NCBI GenBank assembly: GCA_019244185.1
Contig: JAFATB010000014.1
Location: 288,001-352,000 of the forward strand
Length of the DNA: 64,000 nucleotides
Origin: Acidobacteriota bacterium
GTDB lineage: Bacteria > Acidobacteriota > Thermoanaerobaculia > Gp7-AA8
Direction: 5' to 3'
The notes under the pieces are model-generated. The model searched no databases, was not told the DNA's origin, and worked only from the letters and a program-made list of their open reading frames with translations. This document shows positions 47,467 through 58,236 of this stretch, piece by piece. The translations under genes and the position numbers were made by a program. The first letter of the stretch is position 1. Each line of letters begins with the position of its first letter.

Positions 47467-48864
47467 CTACGCGGTCGCCGGTGCCGTCAACTGCTGCGGC
47501 TGCGCGGCGTCGCTCTTCTCCGCCGCCGGCAGACGCTCGTCGAGCGCGGCGGTGGCGAAGAGACAGCCGATGAGGAACGCCGTGAAGAGCGACAGCACGG
47601 CGTCCGTGTACGCCTGCGCCGAGGCGGTGAAGGTGGCCGCGTTCGCGAGAAAGAGGCCGAACAGCGAGACGCGGCCGAGCTGCGAGGAGCCGGGGACGTC
47701 GGGGATCTTCGTCAGCCGCATCAGCATCGCCAGGAGCAGCCACGCGACGAACGCGATGGCGAGGAGACCGGGCAGGCCGACTTCGATGGCCAGCTTGCCG
47801 AGGCCGCCTTCCTGCCAGCCGAGCTGCTCGGTGCTGCCCTTGAGCACGTGCTGCGCGCCCTGCGTCGCCGTGCCGAGTCCCGCGCCGAGGAAGCCGTATT
47901 GCTGGAACGTGGCCCACGCGCCGCCCTCGAGTCGATGCGTGATCTCGTCCTGCGACGCGGCGGCGGCGCGCGCGTACGCGCTCGACTGCTGCCCCGCGGC
48001 GATGTGGTGCATGACCGTCCAGAGGATCAGCATCACGCCCGCGAGCGAGAACACCTGCGCGTTCTGCACGCGGCGGAAGTAGCGCCACAGCACGACCGCG
48101 GCGTAGACGACGACGAAGTACGTCGCCTTGCGGCGGCCGGCGATGAGACAGGTGAGGAACGCCCACGCGGAGACGCTCATCCAGATCAGCACCTGCTTGC
48201 GCACGCCGGAGCGCAGGGCCATGGTGATGGCGATGGCGGTCAGCGTGGCCGCGTGCCACCCCATGATGTCGGGGCTGCGGTAGAAGCCGGAGAGGAGGCG
48301 CACTTCCATGCCGCTGAAGTAGCGGATGTAGTCGACGCCCGGCTGCGCGACCAGTCCCAGCACCGGCGACCGCACGCGGAAGTACTCGAGGATCGTGCCG
48401 ATGAGCGCGATGGACGTGATGGCCGCGTAGACGCGGTAGAGCTGGTAGAGCTGCTCCTCGCGCTGGAGCCACGTGTAGCCGAGGATGATCGCGGGGAGCG
48501 GCGCGAGATAGGTGAAGAGGCCGAGCATCGGCACCTTCCAGTTGTCGACGCCGTACGTCACCAGGCCGTTCATCGCCGCGATGGCCAGCGTGAGAATGAG
48601 GATGAACGTCGCGGAGTAGAGGTTGGCGAAGCGCCGGCTGAAATCCGTCAGCGCCGCGGCCATCTCCTTGCGCGCGGTGAAGAGGATCATCGCGTAGATG
48701 AGGATGATGCTGAACGAGATGGTGACCGGCGTGCCGGGCGTGAGCTTGCGCACCGGATCCTGCAGCACGCCGCAGGCGAGCAGCAGATACCAGCCGCGGC
48801 GCCAGTCGAGGCTGGCGTACGCGGTGCAGCCCGCGAGGAGCATGAGGTAGGCGATCAGCGCCAT
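47467..48864 (-). CDS. Polytopic membrane protein, putative polysaccharide polymerase (Wzy-like)
   Basis: Many TMs; QDPVRK, GAGLG, EVGLPG; start uncertain. Confidence 0.65.
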   Translation of the reverse strand: MALIAYLMLLAGCTAYASLDWRRGWYLLLACGVLQDPVRKLTPGTPVTISFSIILIYAMILFTARKEMAAALTDFSRRFANLYSATFILILTLAIAAMNGLVTYGVDNWKVPMLGLFTYLAPLPAIILGYTWLQREEQLYQLYRVYAAITSIALIGTILEYFRVRSPVLGLVAQPGVDYIRYFSGMEVRLLSGFYRSPDIMGWHAATLTAIAITMALRSGVRKQVLIWMSVSAWAFLTCLIAGRRKATYFVVVYAAVVLWRYFRRVQNAQVFSLAGVMLILWTVMHHIAAGQQSSAYARAAAASQDEITHRLEGGAWATFQQYGFLGAGLGTATQGAQHVLKGSTEQLGWQEGGLGKLAIEVGLPGLLAIAFVAWLLLAMLMRLTKIPDVPGSSQLGRVSLFGLFLANAATFTASAQAYTDAVLSLFTAFLIGCLFATAALDERLPAAEKSDAAQPQQLTAPATA

Positions 48865-48893
48865 CGCAGCGTTGAGCAACCGGTGACGGACAA

Positions 48894-49790
48894 CTATTCC
48901 CTTCGCCCCTGATGTTGCGCCTGACGCCGCGCACGTAAAGCCGCCGCGAGGCCGCGCAGTTCGCCGACGAGCTTCGGCGCGATCGCCCACGGATGCCTGA
49001 GGTGATAGCCGGTGGCGACGTTCTGCCGCAGGCGGCGCAGCGCGTAGCGCCAGAAAGCCGGCACGTGTCTACGAGCGAAATAGTAGTCGCCCATCGAATG
49101 GGCGGGGGAGGCGCTGGTGCGGTGGTCTCCGTACGCGCGCACGCCGCCGGTGGGGATCTTGAGATGCCGGATCGACGCGCGCGGCTCGTAGCGGATGCGG
49201 CCGCCCGCCTCGACGAGACGCAGCGCGAAGTCGGTCTCGAAGCGATACGCGGCGGCGATGAAGCGCTCGTCGAAGCCGCCGATCGACAGCGCCCGCGCGC
49301 GGTCGACGGAGAGATTGCCGGCCATGACGTTCTCGACGTCGCACGCTTCGTCGTGATGGAAGCGGAACTCGAGGTCGCGGATCGCGCCGCGGTGCAGCGT
49401 CGCGTCGTCGTAATGCCGCGGCGTCTCGCCCGGCTGCAGCACCTGTCCCACCACCGCCCACACGCCCGGCGTCTGCAGTGCCCGCGCGTGCGCGGCCACG
49501 AGGTCGGGCGCCGGCGCGATGTCGTCGTCGAGGAAGAGCACGTACGGGTTGCGCGCTTCCGCGAGCGCGACGTTCATCGCGTGCGGGATCGACGGCGCGT
49601 CGAGTCGGATGACGCGGATCGCGCCCTCGGCTTCCCACGCGCGGAGCCGCGCGTCGATCTCCGGCGGATGCGCGCGGGTCTGGTCGACGAGCACGATCTC
49701 GTCCGCGCGCGGCGCCAGCGCGAGCAGCAGCGGGATCGTCTCGACCAGCACCGCGCCGCGGTTGTACGTCGGGATGGCGATGGTCAACAT
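48894..49790 (-). CDS. Glycosyltransferase family 2
   Basis: MLTIAIPTYNR, FLDDD, GGFDE. Confidence 0.9.
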   Translation of the reverse strand: MLTIAIPTYNRGAVLVETIPLLLALAPRADEIVLVDQTRAHPPEIDARLRAWEAEGAIRVIRLDAPSIPHAMNVALAEARNPYVLFLDDDIAPAPDLVAAHARALQTPGVWAVVGQVLQPGETPRHYDDATLHRGAIRDLEFRFHHDEACDVENVMAGNLSVDRARALSIGGFDERFIAAAYRFETDFALRLVEAGGRIRYEPRASIRHLKIPTGGVRAYGDHRTSASPAHSMGDYYFARRHVPAFWRYALRRLRQNVATGYHLRHPWAIAPKLVGELRGLAAALRARRQAQHQGRRE

Positions 49791-50989
49791 GTGGACCTCA
49801 GCGCCTCCAGCACGCCGCGGACGCCGGCGGCATAGTCCCACGCGGCGATGATCTCGCGCGAGCGCTCGCCCATGCGCGCGCGCAACGCGCGGTCCTCCGC
49901 GAGCGCATCGAGCTGCCGCGCGAGCGTCGCCGCATCGCCCGCCTCGAAGACGAAGCCGTTGTCGCCGTCGCGCACGATGTCGCCCGCCGAGCCGGAGGCG
50001 CTCGTGGCGATGACCGGGAGGCCGCAGGCCATGGCTTCGTTCACGACGGCGCCGCGCGGCTCGTACGTCGACGGCAGCACGAAGACGTCGCCCATCGCGT
50101 AATGCCGCGGCAGGTCGCGCTGGTTGATGAAGCCGGGGAAGCGCGCATCGAGCCCGCGCGCGCGGGCGAACGCCTCGAGCTCGTCGCGCAACGCGCCGTG
50201 GCCGAGGAAGACGACGGTGGTGCGGGCGCGGTGGCGCATCGCGTCGACCGCGCGGAGGAGCGTCATCGGATCTTTGCGCGGCAGCAGCTTCGCGGAGTAG
50301 ATGACGACGAAGCGGTCGTCGTCCGCGCCGAAGCGCGCGCGCAGCGCCGCCCGCTCGCCCGGCGCGAAGCGGCTCTCGTTCGCGAAACGGTCGTTGTCGA
50401 TCGCCCACGGCACGGAGAAGAAGCGCCGCCGGTCCGCGCCGAAATGCGCGTAGTAATCGGCGTTCGTGTTGCCGGAGACGAGGAAGCCGTCGACGAGCGC
50501 GAAGAGCGCGCGCCGCAGTCCGTGCGCGAGACTGCCGCCGCGCGGAATCTCGTTGCTGTCGCCGTAGACGAACACCGGCAACCCCCGCATGCGGCACGCG
50601 GCGAGCGCGAGGAGCGACGTGATCGTGCCCCAGCCGAGGAAGAGAATCGCGGCGTCGTAGCGGCCGAAGAGAAGCTGCGGGACGATGCCGGGATTGACGA
50701 GCCGCGCCCACCCTTCGCCGCGCCCGAAGTTGCGGAGAAACACGTGGCGATAGCCGGCCAGGAGATCGACGTCCCACTGCAGCGTCGTCTGCATCTCCGC
50801 GTCGTGATACGTCTCCGCGCCGGCGCGCGAGCCGTAGAACACAGTCAGGTCGAGCTCCGGATGCGCGGCGAGGAGCCGGTAGAACGGCGCCTGGTACTGG
50901 ATGACGTGCGAGGCGAGAAGCGCGACGCGATACACGCGCGGCCATGATCGCATCGTTGCCGTCGCCGCGGTGTTCTTCGCCGCATTCAT
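49784..50989 (-). CDS. Glycosyltransferase family 4
   Basis: SHVIQYQAP, LPSTYEPRGAVVNEAMACG; start 50989, 50953 or 50935. Confidence 0.9.
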   Translation of the reverse strand: MNAAKNTAATATMRSWPRVYRVALLASHVIQYQAPFYRLLAAHPELDLTVFYGSRAGAETYHDAEMQTTLQWDVDLLAGYRHVFLRNFGRGEGWARLVNPGIVPQLLFGRYDAAILFLGWGTITSLLALAACRMRGLPVFVYGDSNEIPRGGSLAHGLRRALFALVDGFLVSGNTNADYYAHFGADRRRFFSVPWAIDNDRFANESRFAPGERAALRARFGADDDRFVVIYSAKLLPRKDPMTLLRAVDAMRHRARTTVVFLGHGALRDELEAFARARGLDARFPGFINQRDLPRHYAMGDVFVLPSTYEPRGAVVNEAMACGLPVIATSASGSAGDIVRDGDNGFVFEAGDAATLARQLDALAEDRALRARMGERSREIIAAWDYAAGVRGVLEALRSTC

Positions 50990-51891
50990 CGCTGCAGCAG
51001 CGACAGCCACGCTCTCACATGCAGCGGGTTCTTCGCCAGCGCGCGGCGCAGGTACGCGCGCCACCTCGGATTGCGCCGGCGGCGCAGGACCTTGGCGATG
51101 AAGTAGAGTCCCGCGGCCTCGCCCTTCGGCGTGACGCGCGGCCGGTGGATCCGATCGGCTTCCGCGAGCAATGCCGCGTCATCGGCGCCGTCGTTCGCAC
51201 GATCGCGAAGGGCGACCGCGATGGCCGCGAGCCGCGCCTGCGGCCGATGGCCGATGCCGCTGATGCCGCGCGGGTCGAGCGTGGCCTCGTACAGCACCTC
51301 GCGCGCGATGCCGATCGTGCCGCGCGCGGCGAGGCGGATCCAGAGGTCGAGGTCCTGCGCGACGTGGAACTGCGGGCGGTAGCCGCCCGCGGCGAAGTAG
51401 TCGTCGCGGCGGAACAGCGCGGAGCCGTGCGACGGAATGCCGTGCACGCGCTTCCGTGGATCGCGCAGCAGGCTGTCGCGCACGGCCGTGCCGTCGGCGT
51501 GCGTGTCGTACAGCAGCTCGCCGTCCGGCGTCACGAAGCGCGTCGCGCACGAGACGAGGACGTGTCCTTCGCCGATGAGCGCGAGCTGTTTCGCGAAGCG
51601 CTCCGGCAGCGAACGGTCGCCGCAGTCCTGACGCGCGAGCAGCGCGCCGCGCGCCTCACGGCACGCGCGCACGAGCGCGAGCGTGAGGCCGGTGTTCGCC
51701 TGTGGCAGCACGCGGATGCGCGGGTCCCGGGCGGCGTAGCCGGCGAGGATCACGTCCGTCGTGTCGCTCGAGCCGTCGTCGACGACCACGACCTCGAAGT
51801 CGCGGAACGTCTGCGCGAGCAGGCTGTCGAGCGTCGCCGCCAGCGTCGCCGCGCCGTTGTAGACCGACATCACGACCGAGAGCGTCACCAT
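50986..51891 (-). CDS. Glycosyltransferase family 2
   Basis: SVVMSVYN, VDDGSSD, QDLDLWIR. Confidence 0.9.
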   Translation of the reverse strand: MVTLSVVMSVYNGAATLAATLDSLLAQTFRDFEVVVVDDGSSDTTDVILAGYAARDPRIRVLPQANTGLTLALVRACREARGALLARQDCGDRSLPERFAKQLALIGEGHVLVSCATRFVTPDGELLYDTHADGTAVRDSLLRDPRKRVHGIPSHGSALFRRDDYFAAGGYRPQFHVAQDLDLWIRLAARGTIGIAREVLYEATLDPRGISGIGHRPQARLAAIAVALRDRANDGADDAALLAEADRIHRPRVTPKGEAAGLYFIAKVLRRRRNPRWRAYLRRALAKNPLHVRAWLSLLQR

Positions 51892-52844
51892 CGCAGCCGA
51901 TCCGAGAGGATGGACAGGCGCCCTGCGCCGGTCCAGCCGATGAGTTGCGCGACACGCGCGTAGACGCGGTACTGCAGGCGGTCGCGCCCGTCGCCCGCGG
52001 CCTCGCGCGAGAGCTCGAAGAGCGTGCGCGACTCGTCCGCCAATCCCGCCGCGCCGCATTGCCGTGCCAGCAAAAAGAGCTCCCGGGAGAAGTGCTGCAT
52101 CTCCGGCACCTCGGGGCTAATGCCCGCGCGCTGCGCGTGGCGGAGGATGAGCGTGTGCGCGCGCGTGCGGTCGCGCAGCACGTCGGGACGAAGCCCGTTC
52201 GCCGACAGCTGCCCCAGGCCGTGCAGGCGGTAATGGCAGATCCATTCGGGCACGTAGTGCAGGCGCACGCCGAGGGCCGCGACGCGCGCGTCGTACTCCC
52301 AGTCTTCCTCGTTGCGCATGTTCAGCCACGGGCCGGCCTCGTCGAGGAGCGACGCGCGATAGAGACCGGTGAGCGTGTGCCACCAGCGCGAGGCGAGCAT
52401 CGACGGGAACATCGTCTCGATGCGCTCGCCGGTGCGTTTCGTCGGCGCCGGCTCGTAGCTGCCGTCGGGATTCTGCGCGCGCGTCCAGCCGTACGAGACG
52501 CCGCATTCGGGATGCGCGCGCAGTCCCGCGACCTGCAGCGCGAACTTGTTCGGGTAGAGCAGGTCGTCGCTGTCGAGGTGCTGGATGAACTCCCCGCGCG
52601 CGGCGCGGCGGCCCGCCTCGCGCGCGAGACCGACGCCGGTGTTGGCCTGATGAACGACGCGGATTTCCGGATGCGTGGCGGCGAGCGCGTCGGCGGCGGC
52701 GGGCGTGTCGTCGGTCGAGCCGTCGTCGACGATCACGATCTCGATCGGCCGGTACGTCTGCGCGAGCACGCTCTCCACGGCCTCGCGCAGCATGGCCACG
52801 CGGTTGTAGACCGGGATGATCGTCGTGACGAGAGCCGGCTGCAT
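51885..52844 (-). CDS. Glycosyltransferase family 2
   Basis: IIPVYNR, VDDGSTD, LDSDD, EDWEY. Confidence 0.9.
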   Translation of the reverse strand: MQPALVTTIIPVYNRVAMLREAVESVLAQTYRPIEIVIVDDGSTDDTPAAADALAATHPEIRVVHQANTGVGLAREAGRRAARGEFIQHLDSDDLLYPNKFALQVAGLRAHPECGVSYGWTRAQNPDGSYEPAPTKRTGERIETMFPSMLASRWWHTLTGLYRASLLDEAGPWLNMRNEEDWEYDARVAALGVRLHYVPEWICHYRLHGLGQLSANGLRPDVLRDRTRAHTLILRHAQRAGISPEVPEMQHFSRELFLLARQCGAAGLADESRTLFELSREAAGDGRDRLQYRVYARVAQLIGWTGAGRLSILSDRLRW

Positions 52845-52872
52845 CGGCGCAAGGATACTTACAATGCGTGCC

Positions 52873-54153
52873 GTGCCGCGCCTCTTCATCTGCACGCCGT
52901 CGTACTACCTGCAGGGCGGCGTCGAACGGATCCTCGAGTCGCTGGCGCGCGGACTGCCCTCGCGCGGCTTCGAGGTGGTGTTCGGCCTCGCGAAAGGGGC
53001 GCGCTTCCACGATCCGGCGCGGTTCCGCGCGGCCTTTCCCGATGTGCGAGGCGTTGACGTCGACGGCACGAGCGGCACGGTCTACGGCCGCCGTAGCGCG
53101 CTGCGCCGCGCGATCGAGGCCGTCGATCCCGACGTCGTGCTCATCGCGCGGATGTTCGACGCGTATCCGGTCTGCAGCGAGCTGAAGTTGCGCGGACATC
53201 GCCTGCGTCTCGCGGTGACGGTGCAGGCATACGAGGCGGAGTACTTTGTCGATCTCGCGCGGTATCAGGACTTCGTCGACCTGTGCGTGACGAGCGGCGA
53301 GCGAATCGCGGCGACCGTTCGCGCGTTGACGACGTTGACGAATGTCGTGAGCATTCCCGGCGGCGTCGCGCCGCCGCATCGCGTACGCGTCCCGCACGAC
53401 GGGCCGCTGCGCATCGGCTACGTCGGACGCATCGAGCAGGTGCAGAAGCGGCTGCGCGATTTGCCGCTCCTGCGCGACGAGCTCACGCGCCGCGGCGTGC
53501 CGTTCACGCTCGACGTCGCCGGCGACGGCACGCTTGCGGACGAGCTGCGCGCGCAGCTGCCGGAGGCGCGGTTTCACGGCTGGCTGTCGGCGCGCGAGCT
53601 GTACGAGCGCGTCTATCCCGAGCTCGACGTCGTCGTGCATTTCGCGGAGTGGGAAGGGATGACCATCGCTCCGCGCGAGGCCATGGCGCACGGCGTGGTG
53701 CCGGTGGTCTCGCGCTTCACCGGAGCCGAGGATTTCATCGACGGCGTGAACGCGCTGACGTTCGACGTCGGCGACATCCGCGCCGCCGCCGATGCCCTCG
53801 AGTCGCTGCATCGCGACCGCGCGCGACTCGAAACGCTCTCACGCGCCGCGCGCGACTCGCAGCAAGGCATCCGTTCCGAGGAGGGCGCAATCGACGCGTG
53901 GGCCGCGGCGTTCCGCGACGCGCTCGCGCGACCGCCGCGGATCGGCACGACGTTTCCCGATGCGCCGCGCGACGCGGGACTGCTCACGCGCCTCCACCTC
54001 CCGCCCACCCTCGCCGAGCTCGTGCGCCGCGTGCGGCGTCGTGCGCACGCGGCGCCGGGAGACGAGTGGCCGCATTGGTCGGGGATGCCGGACGCGGCGA
54101 TCGTGCGCGCGGTCGCAGAAGGGGCGGCACCTTCGGGGCAATCGTCCGTTTGA
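52873..54153 (+). CDS. Glycosyltransferase family 4
   Basis: GGVE, YVGRIEQVQKR, EGMTIAPREAMAHG; start 52864 or 52873. Confidence 0.88.
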   Translation: MPRLFICTPSYYLQGGVERILESLARGLPSRGFEVVFGLAKGARFHDPARFRAAFPDVRGVDVDGTSGTVYGRRSALRRAIEAVDPDVVLIARMFDAYPVCSELKLRGHRLRLAVTVQAYEAEYFVDLARYQDFVDLCVTSGERIAATVRALTTLTNVVSIPGGVAPPHRVRVPHDGPLRIGYVGRIEQVQKRLRDLPLLRDELTRRGVPFTLDVAGDGTLADELRAQLPEARFHGWLSARELYERVYPELDVVVHFAEWEGMTIAPREAMAHGVVPVVSRFTGAEDFIDGVNALTFDVGDIRAAADALESLHRDRARLETLSRAARDSQQGIRSEEGAIDAWAAAFRDALARPPRIGTTFPDAPRDAGLLTRLHLPPTLAELVRRVRRRAHAAPGDEWPHWSGMPDAAIVRAVAEGAAPSGQSSV

Positions 54154-54168
54154 CTGGCCGTTTCTCCT

Positions 54169-56102
54169 TCACCTCACCAGCCCATTCCGCACCAGCGCCA
54201 CGTCGGCCGCGCGCGTCTGCTGGGAAATGTCGGTGTAGAGAAGATTGATGATTTTTCCGTGGCCGTTTTCGTTCGAACGAAGCTGCGCGCGGAGGTCCGC
54301 CAGCGAGTCGACGAGGCGTTTGGTGGTCTCCTTGTTGTAGTTCACCGGCGGGCTGCCGCCGACGGTGATCGTCCACGACAGCAAAAACAGGTCGCACGGC
54401 ACGTTCTCGCTGGCTGCATTCTGGAAGCGGCAGACGCCGTCGAAGAGGCGGTACTTCGGGAACTGCCCCTGGGGAAGACGGCTGCCGTCGCGCGCGACCG
54501 CATGCGTTCGATCGGCATCGTCGTCCGTCCCACGAACCATGGTCTCGAAGGTCGACGTGTTGCTGTAGATGTCGAAGACGGTGAGGTCGCCGTTCTGCGG
54601 ATCGGCGCATACCAGTCGCGGTATCTGCGGAGGACTTTGTAGGTCCGCAGCGTCGGATCGAAGTCGAACTCCGCTTTGGTCGCGTCCGAGTCGTCGTTGT
54701 TGTCCACGAAGACCAGTACGGCCCCTGCGTTCCGGCCGATGAAGCGACTGATCGGTGTCGCCGCGACGCGGTTGTCGAGAGCGCCGGTGACGAGGTACGG
54801 GCCCAGCCTGTTGACGATCAGCAGGAGCGCGGAGCGGAAGCGCTCGGCATTGAAGTCGCGGAAGTGCGAGATCTTCAGAAGCACCAGTTCGTGATGGCTG
54901 GCCATGAAATTGCCGACATCGTCCAGCACGGTCGCGAAGTCGACGCCGTAGAAACGCTCGTGATGGATCTTGAGCTTGCCGTCGGCGTAACCGACGCGGA
55001 GATCGAACCAGCGGATGCCGGCGGCGAGTTGCTGGCCGATCGTCAGGGTCTGGGCCTGCAGGGCGACGCCTGAGTCGTACTGCGCCGAATCGTGGGACGC
55101 GGCGAGGACGAGCTCGCGCAGCTTCTTGTCGCCCAACTGCTGGCGATGATCGCCCATCCAGTTGGCGCGATCGAACACGACGGAGGCGTTTCCGAAGAGC
55201 GTCGATGCGCTCTCCGACTGATGGACCTGCACAGCATACGAGCCGTTCGTCGCGACACTCGCCCGCTGGCCGTCGTCGAGCTCGTAAGAGAACGTGCCTT
55301 TCTTGATGAAGTCCTTTCAGTCGATCGATGCTCCGTCGGCGGAGATGGTGCCGACGCGCTCGTAGAGCGTCCTGGAGAGCGCGGCAGTGTGCATCTCGAA
55401 TACCGCGCCGTCATCGGTGAGCGCGACGGAGGGATTGTCGCCGTCGTCGTACGACTGCTCCGCATGGAACGTGATCGAGGCGGATGTCTGGCCGCGCGGA
55501 GCCACGTACTGGCCGACGCGGTAACGGAGAGAATCTCCCTCTTCGAAGACCACCACCACCCGCCCGCCGGCATTGATCGCCACGGACGGATTGGTGCGGT
55601 TCGTCACGAGCGTCGCACCCGCGGACCAGGTCAGCGCCCGGCCGTTGAGCTGCCCGACGTGCCAGACCAGATCCGAATTCTTTGCGTACACCACCACCGC
55701 GACGCCGTGCGTATTCACCGCGATCGCGGGAGTGGAGCGGGTGGCGCCGGAAGCGCCGGGATCGTTCGGAAACTCGACCACGCTGCCTGCCGACACGGAG
55801 TCCGTCTGCAGCGCGCCGACGGAGTAGAACACCTTCCCGTTGCCGTCGTCGTGCGCTTCGATGACCGTATCGCGCACGACCGCGACCGACGGATTCCCGC
55901 CCGTCGCGAACGACGCCGGCGCTTCCTCGAACTTCAGCGAGAGATTCTTCAACTCCGCCACCCGGAAATGCAGCCCGTTGTCGTCGGCCCGGTGAATGGC
56001 TACCACCTGGTCATCCCTGTTGATGGCGACCGCGGGGTCGTTGCCATCGCGCTCATACGGGCCGGGGGTGAGTCCGAAATAGACGCTCTGGATTGCAGGC
56101 AT
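54169..56102 (-). pseudogene. N-terminal NPSVA-repeat domain + PI-PLC X-domain gene, broken by in-frame TGA (55317-55319) and a frameshift near 54605
   Basis: Three ORF pieces join into one gene; SHDS, GIRWFDLR, KIHH; span 1934 nt, one short of a multiple of 3. Confidence 0.8.
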
Positions 56103-56257
56103 GAAGTCCTCCTCGGCACGCAGGGTAATCGTGGTCTCTGCCGAATTCCGCCCCTATTGATACGTATCGACGATTTTCATGCGGATATGTTCGGCATGAG
56201 GGCCGTACCGGATCGCGTCGAGCAGCCGTCGAACGGGCCCGCTAGAATCTGCGCCGC

Positions 56258-57256
56258 ATGTCCCTCCGCCAGCGCGCCGGCGCGCTCGTTTACGACTGGC
56301 CGAATTTTCTGCGGCACATCGGCGGCGACTGGACGCGCATTCGCAATCGCGACGAGCGCATCGTCTCGGATGGGCGCGGCGTGCGGTGCGAGTGGGCGTT
56401 CACGTCGAACCTGCATCTGCCGGCGGTGTATCCGTCCGCCGGGCATTGGCTGATGCGGCGCGCGTTGGCGCAGTGGCCGATCGCGATGCGGGAGACGCCG
56501 GCGGCGCTGTCGGCGACGCCGGAGGTCACGTTTCTCATCGGGCATCGCGGCGTGGAGCGGCTGCCGAATCTCCTGGCGACGCTGCGCAGCATTGCGGGGC
56601 AGGAAGGCGTCGGGATCGAGTGCATCGTCATCGAGCAGTCGGCGCGGCGCGAGATCGAGCGCGAGCTGCCGTCGTGGGTGCGCTATCTCCACACGCCCGT
56701 CGCGGCGGACTTCGACTATTGCCGCGCGGCGACGTTCAACGACGGGCTGCAGCTCGCGCGCGGCTCGGTGCTCGTACTGCACGACAACGACATGCTGCTG
56801 CCGTCAAAGTACGCATTCGAGCTCGCGGCGCGCGCGCGCGACGGCGCGCACTTCATCGATCTCAAGCGCTTCATCTTCTATCTCGAGGAAGCGGAGACGC
56901 GACGGATCTTCGACGGCGGCGCGTTGCGCACGGACGTCGACTCCTCGGTCGTGCAGAACCTGCGCGGCGGCTCGGTGGCGGCGACGACGGCGGCGTATCG
57001 CGCCATCGGCGGCTTCGACGAGGAGTTCGTCGGCTGGGGCGGCGAGGACAACGAGTTCTGGGAGCGCGCCGAGGAGCATGGCGGCGTCTACGCGTTCGGC
57101 TATCTGCCGATCGTCCATCTGTGGCACCGGCCGCAGAAGGGGAAAGAAACGCGCGACGCGCCGGCGCAGCGCCGCTACTACGAAATCCGTTCGATCCCGC
57201 CGGCGGAGCGGATCACGCGGCTCACGCGCTCGGCGAAGTTCTCGAACGAAAAGTAG
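56258..57256 (+). CDS. Glycosyltransferase (GT2/GT7-like)
   Basis: LHDND, GGFDEEFVGWGGED, HLWH. Confidence 0.85.
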   Translation: MSLRQRAGALVYDWPNFLRHIGGDWTRIRNRDERIVSDGRGVRCEWAFTSNLHLPAVYPSAGHWLMRRALAQWPIAMRETPAALSATPEVTFLIGHRGVERLPNLLATLRSIAGQEGVGIECIVIEQSARREIERELPSWVRYLHTPVAADFDYCRAATFNDGLQLARGSVLVLHDNDMLLPSKYAFELAARARDGAHFIDLKRFIFYLEEAETRRIFDGGALRTDVDSSVVQNLRGGSVAATTAAYRAIGGFDEEFVGWGGEDNEFWERAEEHGGVYAFGYLPIVHLWHRPQKGKETRDAPAQRRYYEIRSIPPAERITRLTRSAKFSNEK

Positions 57257-58236
57257 TCGAGCCCTTCCGGGATCTGCTTGCCGCGCGCGAGCGACTCGAC
57301 GATCGCGTCGCGCAGCTCGCCGGGATCATCGGGATCGACGAGCATCCCGAGCTGGCCGTCGCGTAACGCTTCGCGTCCGCCATCGATCCTGCTGCCGATG
57401 ACCGGCACGCCCGACGCCAGCGCCTCCAGGAAGACGAAGCCGAAGCCTTCGCCGCGGCTCGGCATCGCGTAGACGTCCGCGAGCGCGTAGAGATCCGGCT
57501 TCTCGCGATCGTCGAAGAGCCCCGTGAAGCGCACGCGATCGCCGGCGCCCGCGTCCATCGCCAGCCGCTGCAAGCGCGGCGCGTCGTCGCCGCCGCCGGC
57601 GATGAGATACACGACGTCGTCCGGCAGCGACGGCAGCATGCGGATGATCTCGTCGAAGCCTTTCATCCGCTCGCGCGCGTCGAGCCTTCCCACCGTCAGG
57701 ATCACGCGCTTTCCGGCGAGCCCGTATTTCGCGACGAGCTCCGGGCGTTTCGCGCGCATGCCGTATTCGTCGGCGTGAATCGAGTTCGGCACGATGAAGG
57801 TCGGGCCGCGATAGCCGGACCACGCCAGCATGCGGTCGCGCGTGATGGCGCTGATGGAAACGACCGCGCGCGTGCGATGCAGCAGCGGACGCGAGAGCTT
57901 CCGCGCCGGCGGCTGCCACACTTCGATGCCGTACACGACCAGCAGCGGCCGCCGCGCGAGCATGCACGCGAACGGCAGCAGATTCACGTGTCCGCAGATC
58001 ACGAGGTCCGCGCCGCGCGCGCGTCGCAGCGCATTCAGATACGCAACCGGTCCGCGCGCGGCGTCGGCGACGAACGTCACGCTCGGCGGCACGTCGTGGA
58101 TCTCCGTCTGCATCACGCGCGGGATGACCGTCACGTGCTCCGCGACGCGCGTCAGCGCCAGCGTGAGCTCGCGGAGATAGAGCGCGATGCCGCCGTGGCC
58201 GCCGTACGCATCCGGCGCGAGCAGCAGAATGTTCAC
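57178..58236 (-). CDS. Glycosyltransferase family 4
   Basis: GGHGGI, TVGRL, EGFGFVFLEA. Confidence 0.92.
   Translation of the reverse strand: MNILLLAPDAYGGHGGIALYLRELTLALTRVAEHVTVIPRVMQTEIHDVPPSVTFVADAARGPVAYLNALRRARGADLVICGHVNLLPFACMLARRPLLVVYGIEVWQPPARKLSRPLLHRTRAVVSISAITRDRMLAWSGYRGPTFIVPNSIHADEYGMRAKRPELVAKYGLAGKRVILTVGRLDARERMKGFDEIIRMLPSLPDDVVYLIAGGGDDAPRLQRLAMDAGAGDRVRFTGLFDDREKPDLYALADVYAMPSRGEGFGFVFLEALASGVPVIGSRIDGGREALRDGQLGMLVDPDDPGELRDAIVESLARGKQIPEGLDYFSFENFAERVSRVIRSAGGIERIS

Noticed and set aside
55317-55319. Selenocysteine or genetic-code reassignment of the in-frame TGA
   Set aside because: Sister repeats have Trp or Phe here, no convincing SECIS hairpin follows, TGA is the usual stop in this window, and the same gene also has a frameshift
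56134-56168. CTCTGCCG motif shared with 14286 and a GATACGTATC palindrome upstream of the PI-PLC gene
   Set aside because: Too short for significance, and in opposite orientation relative to the two genes
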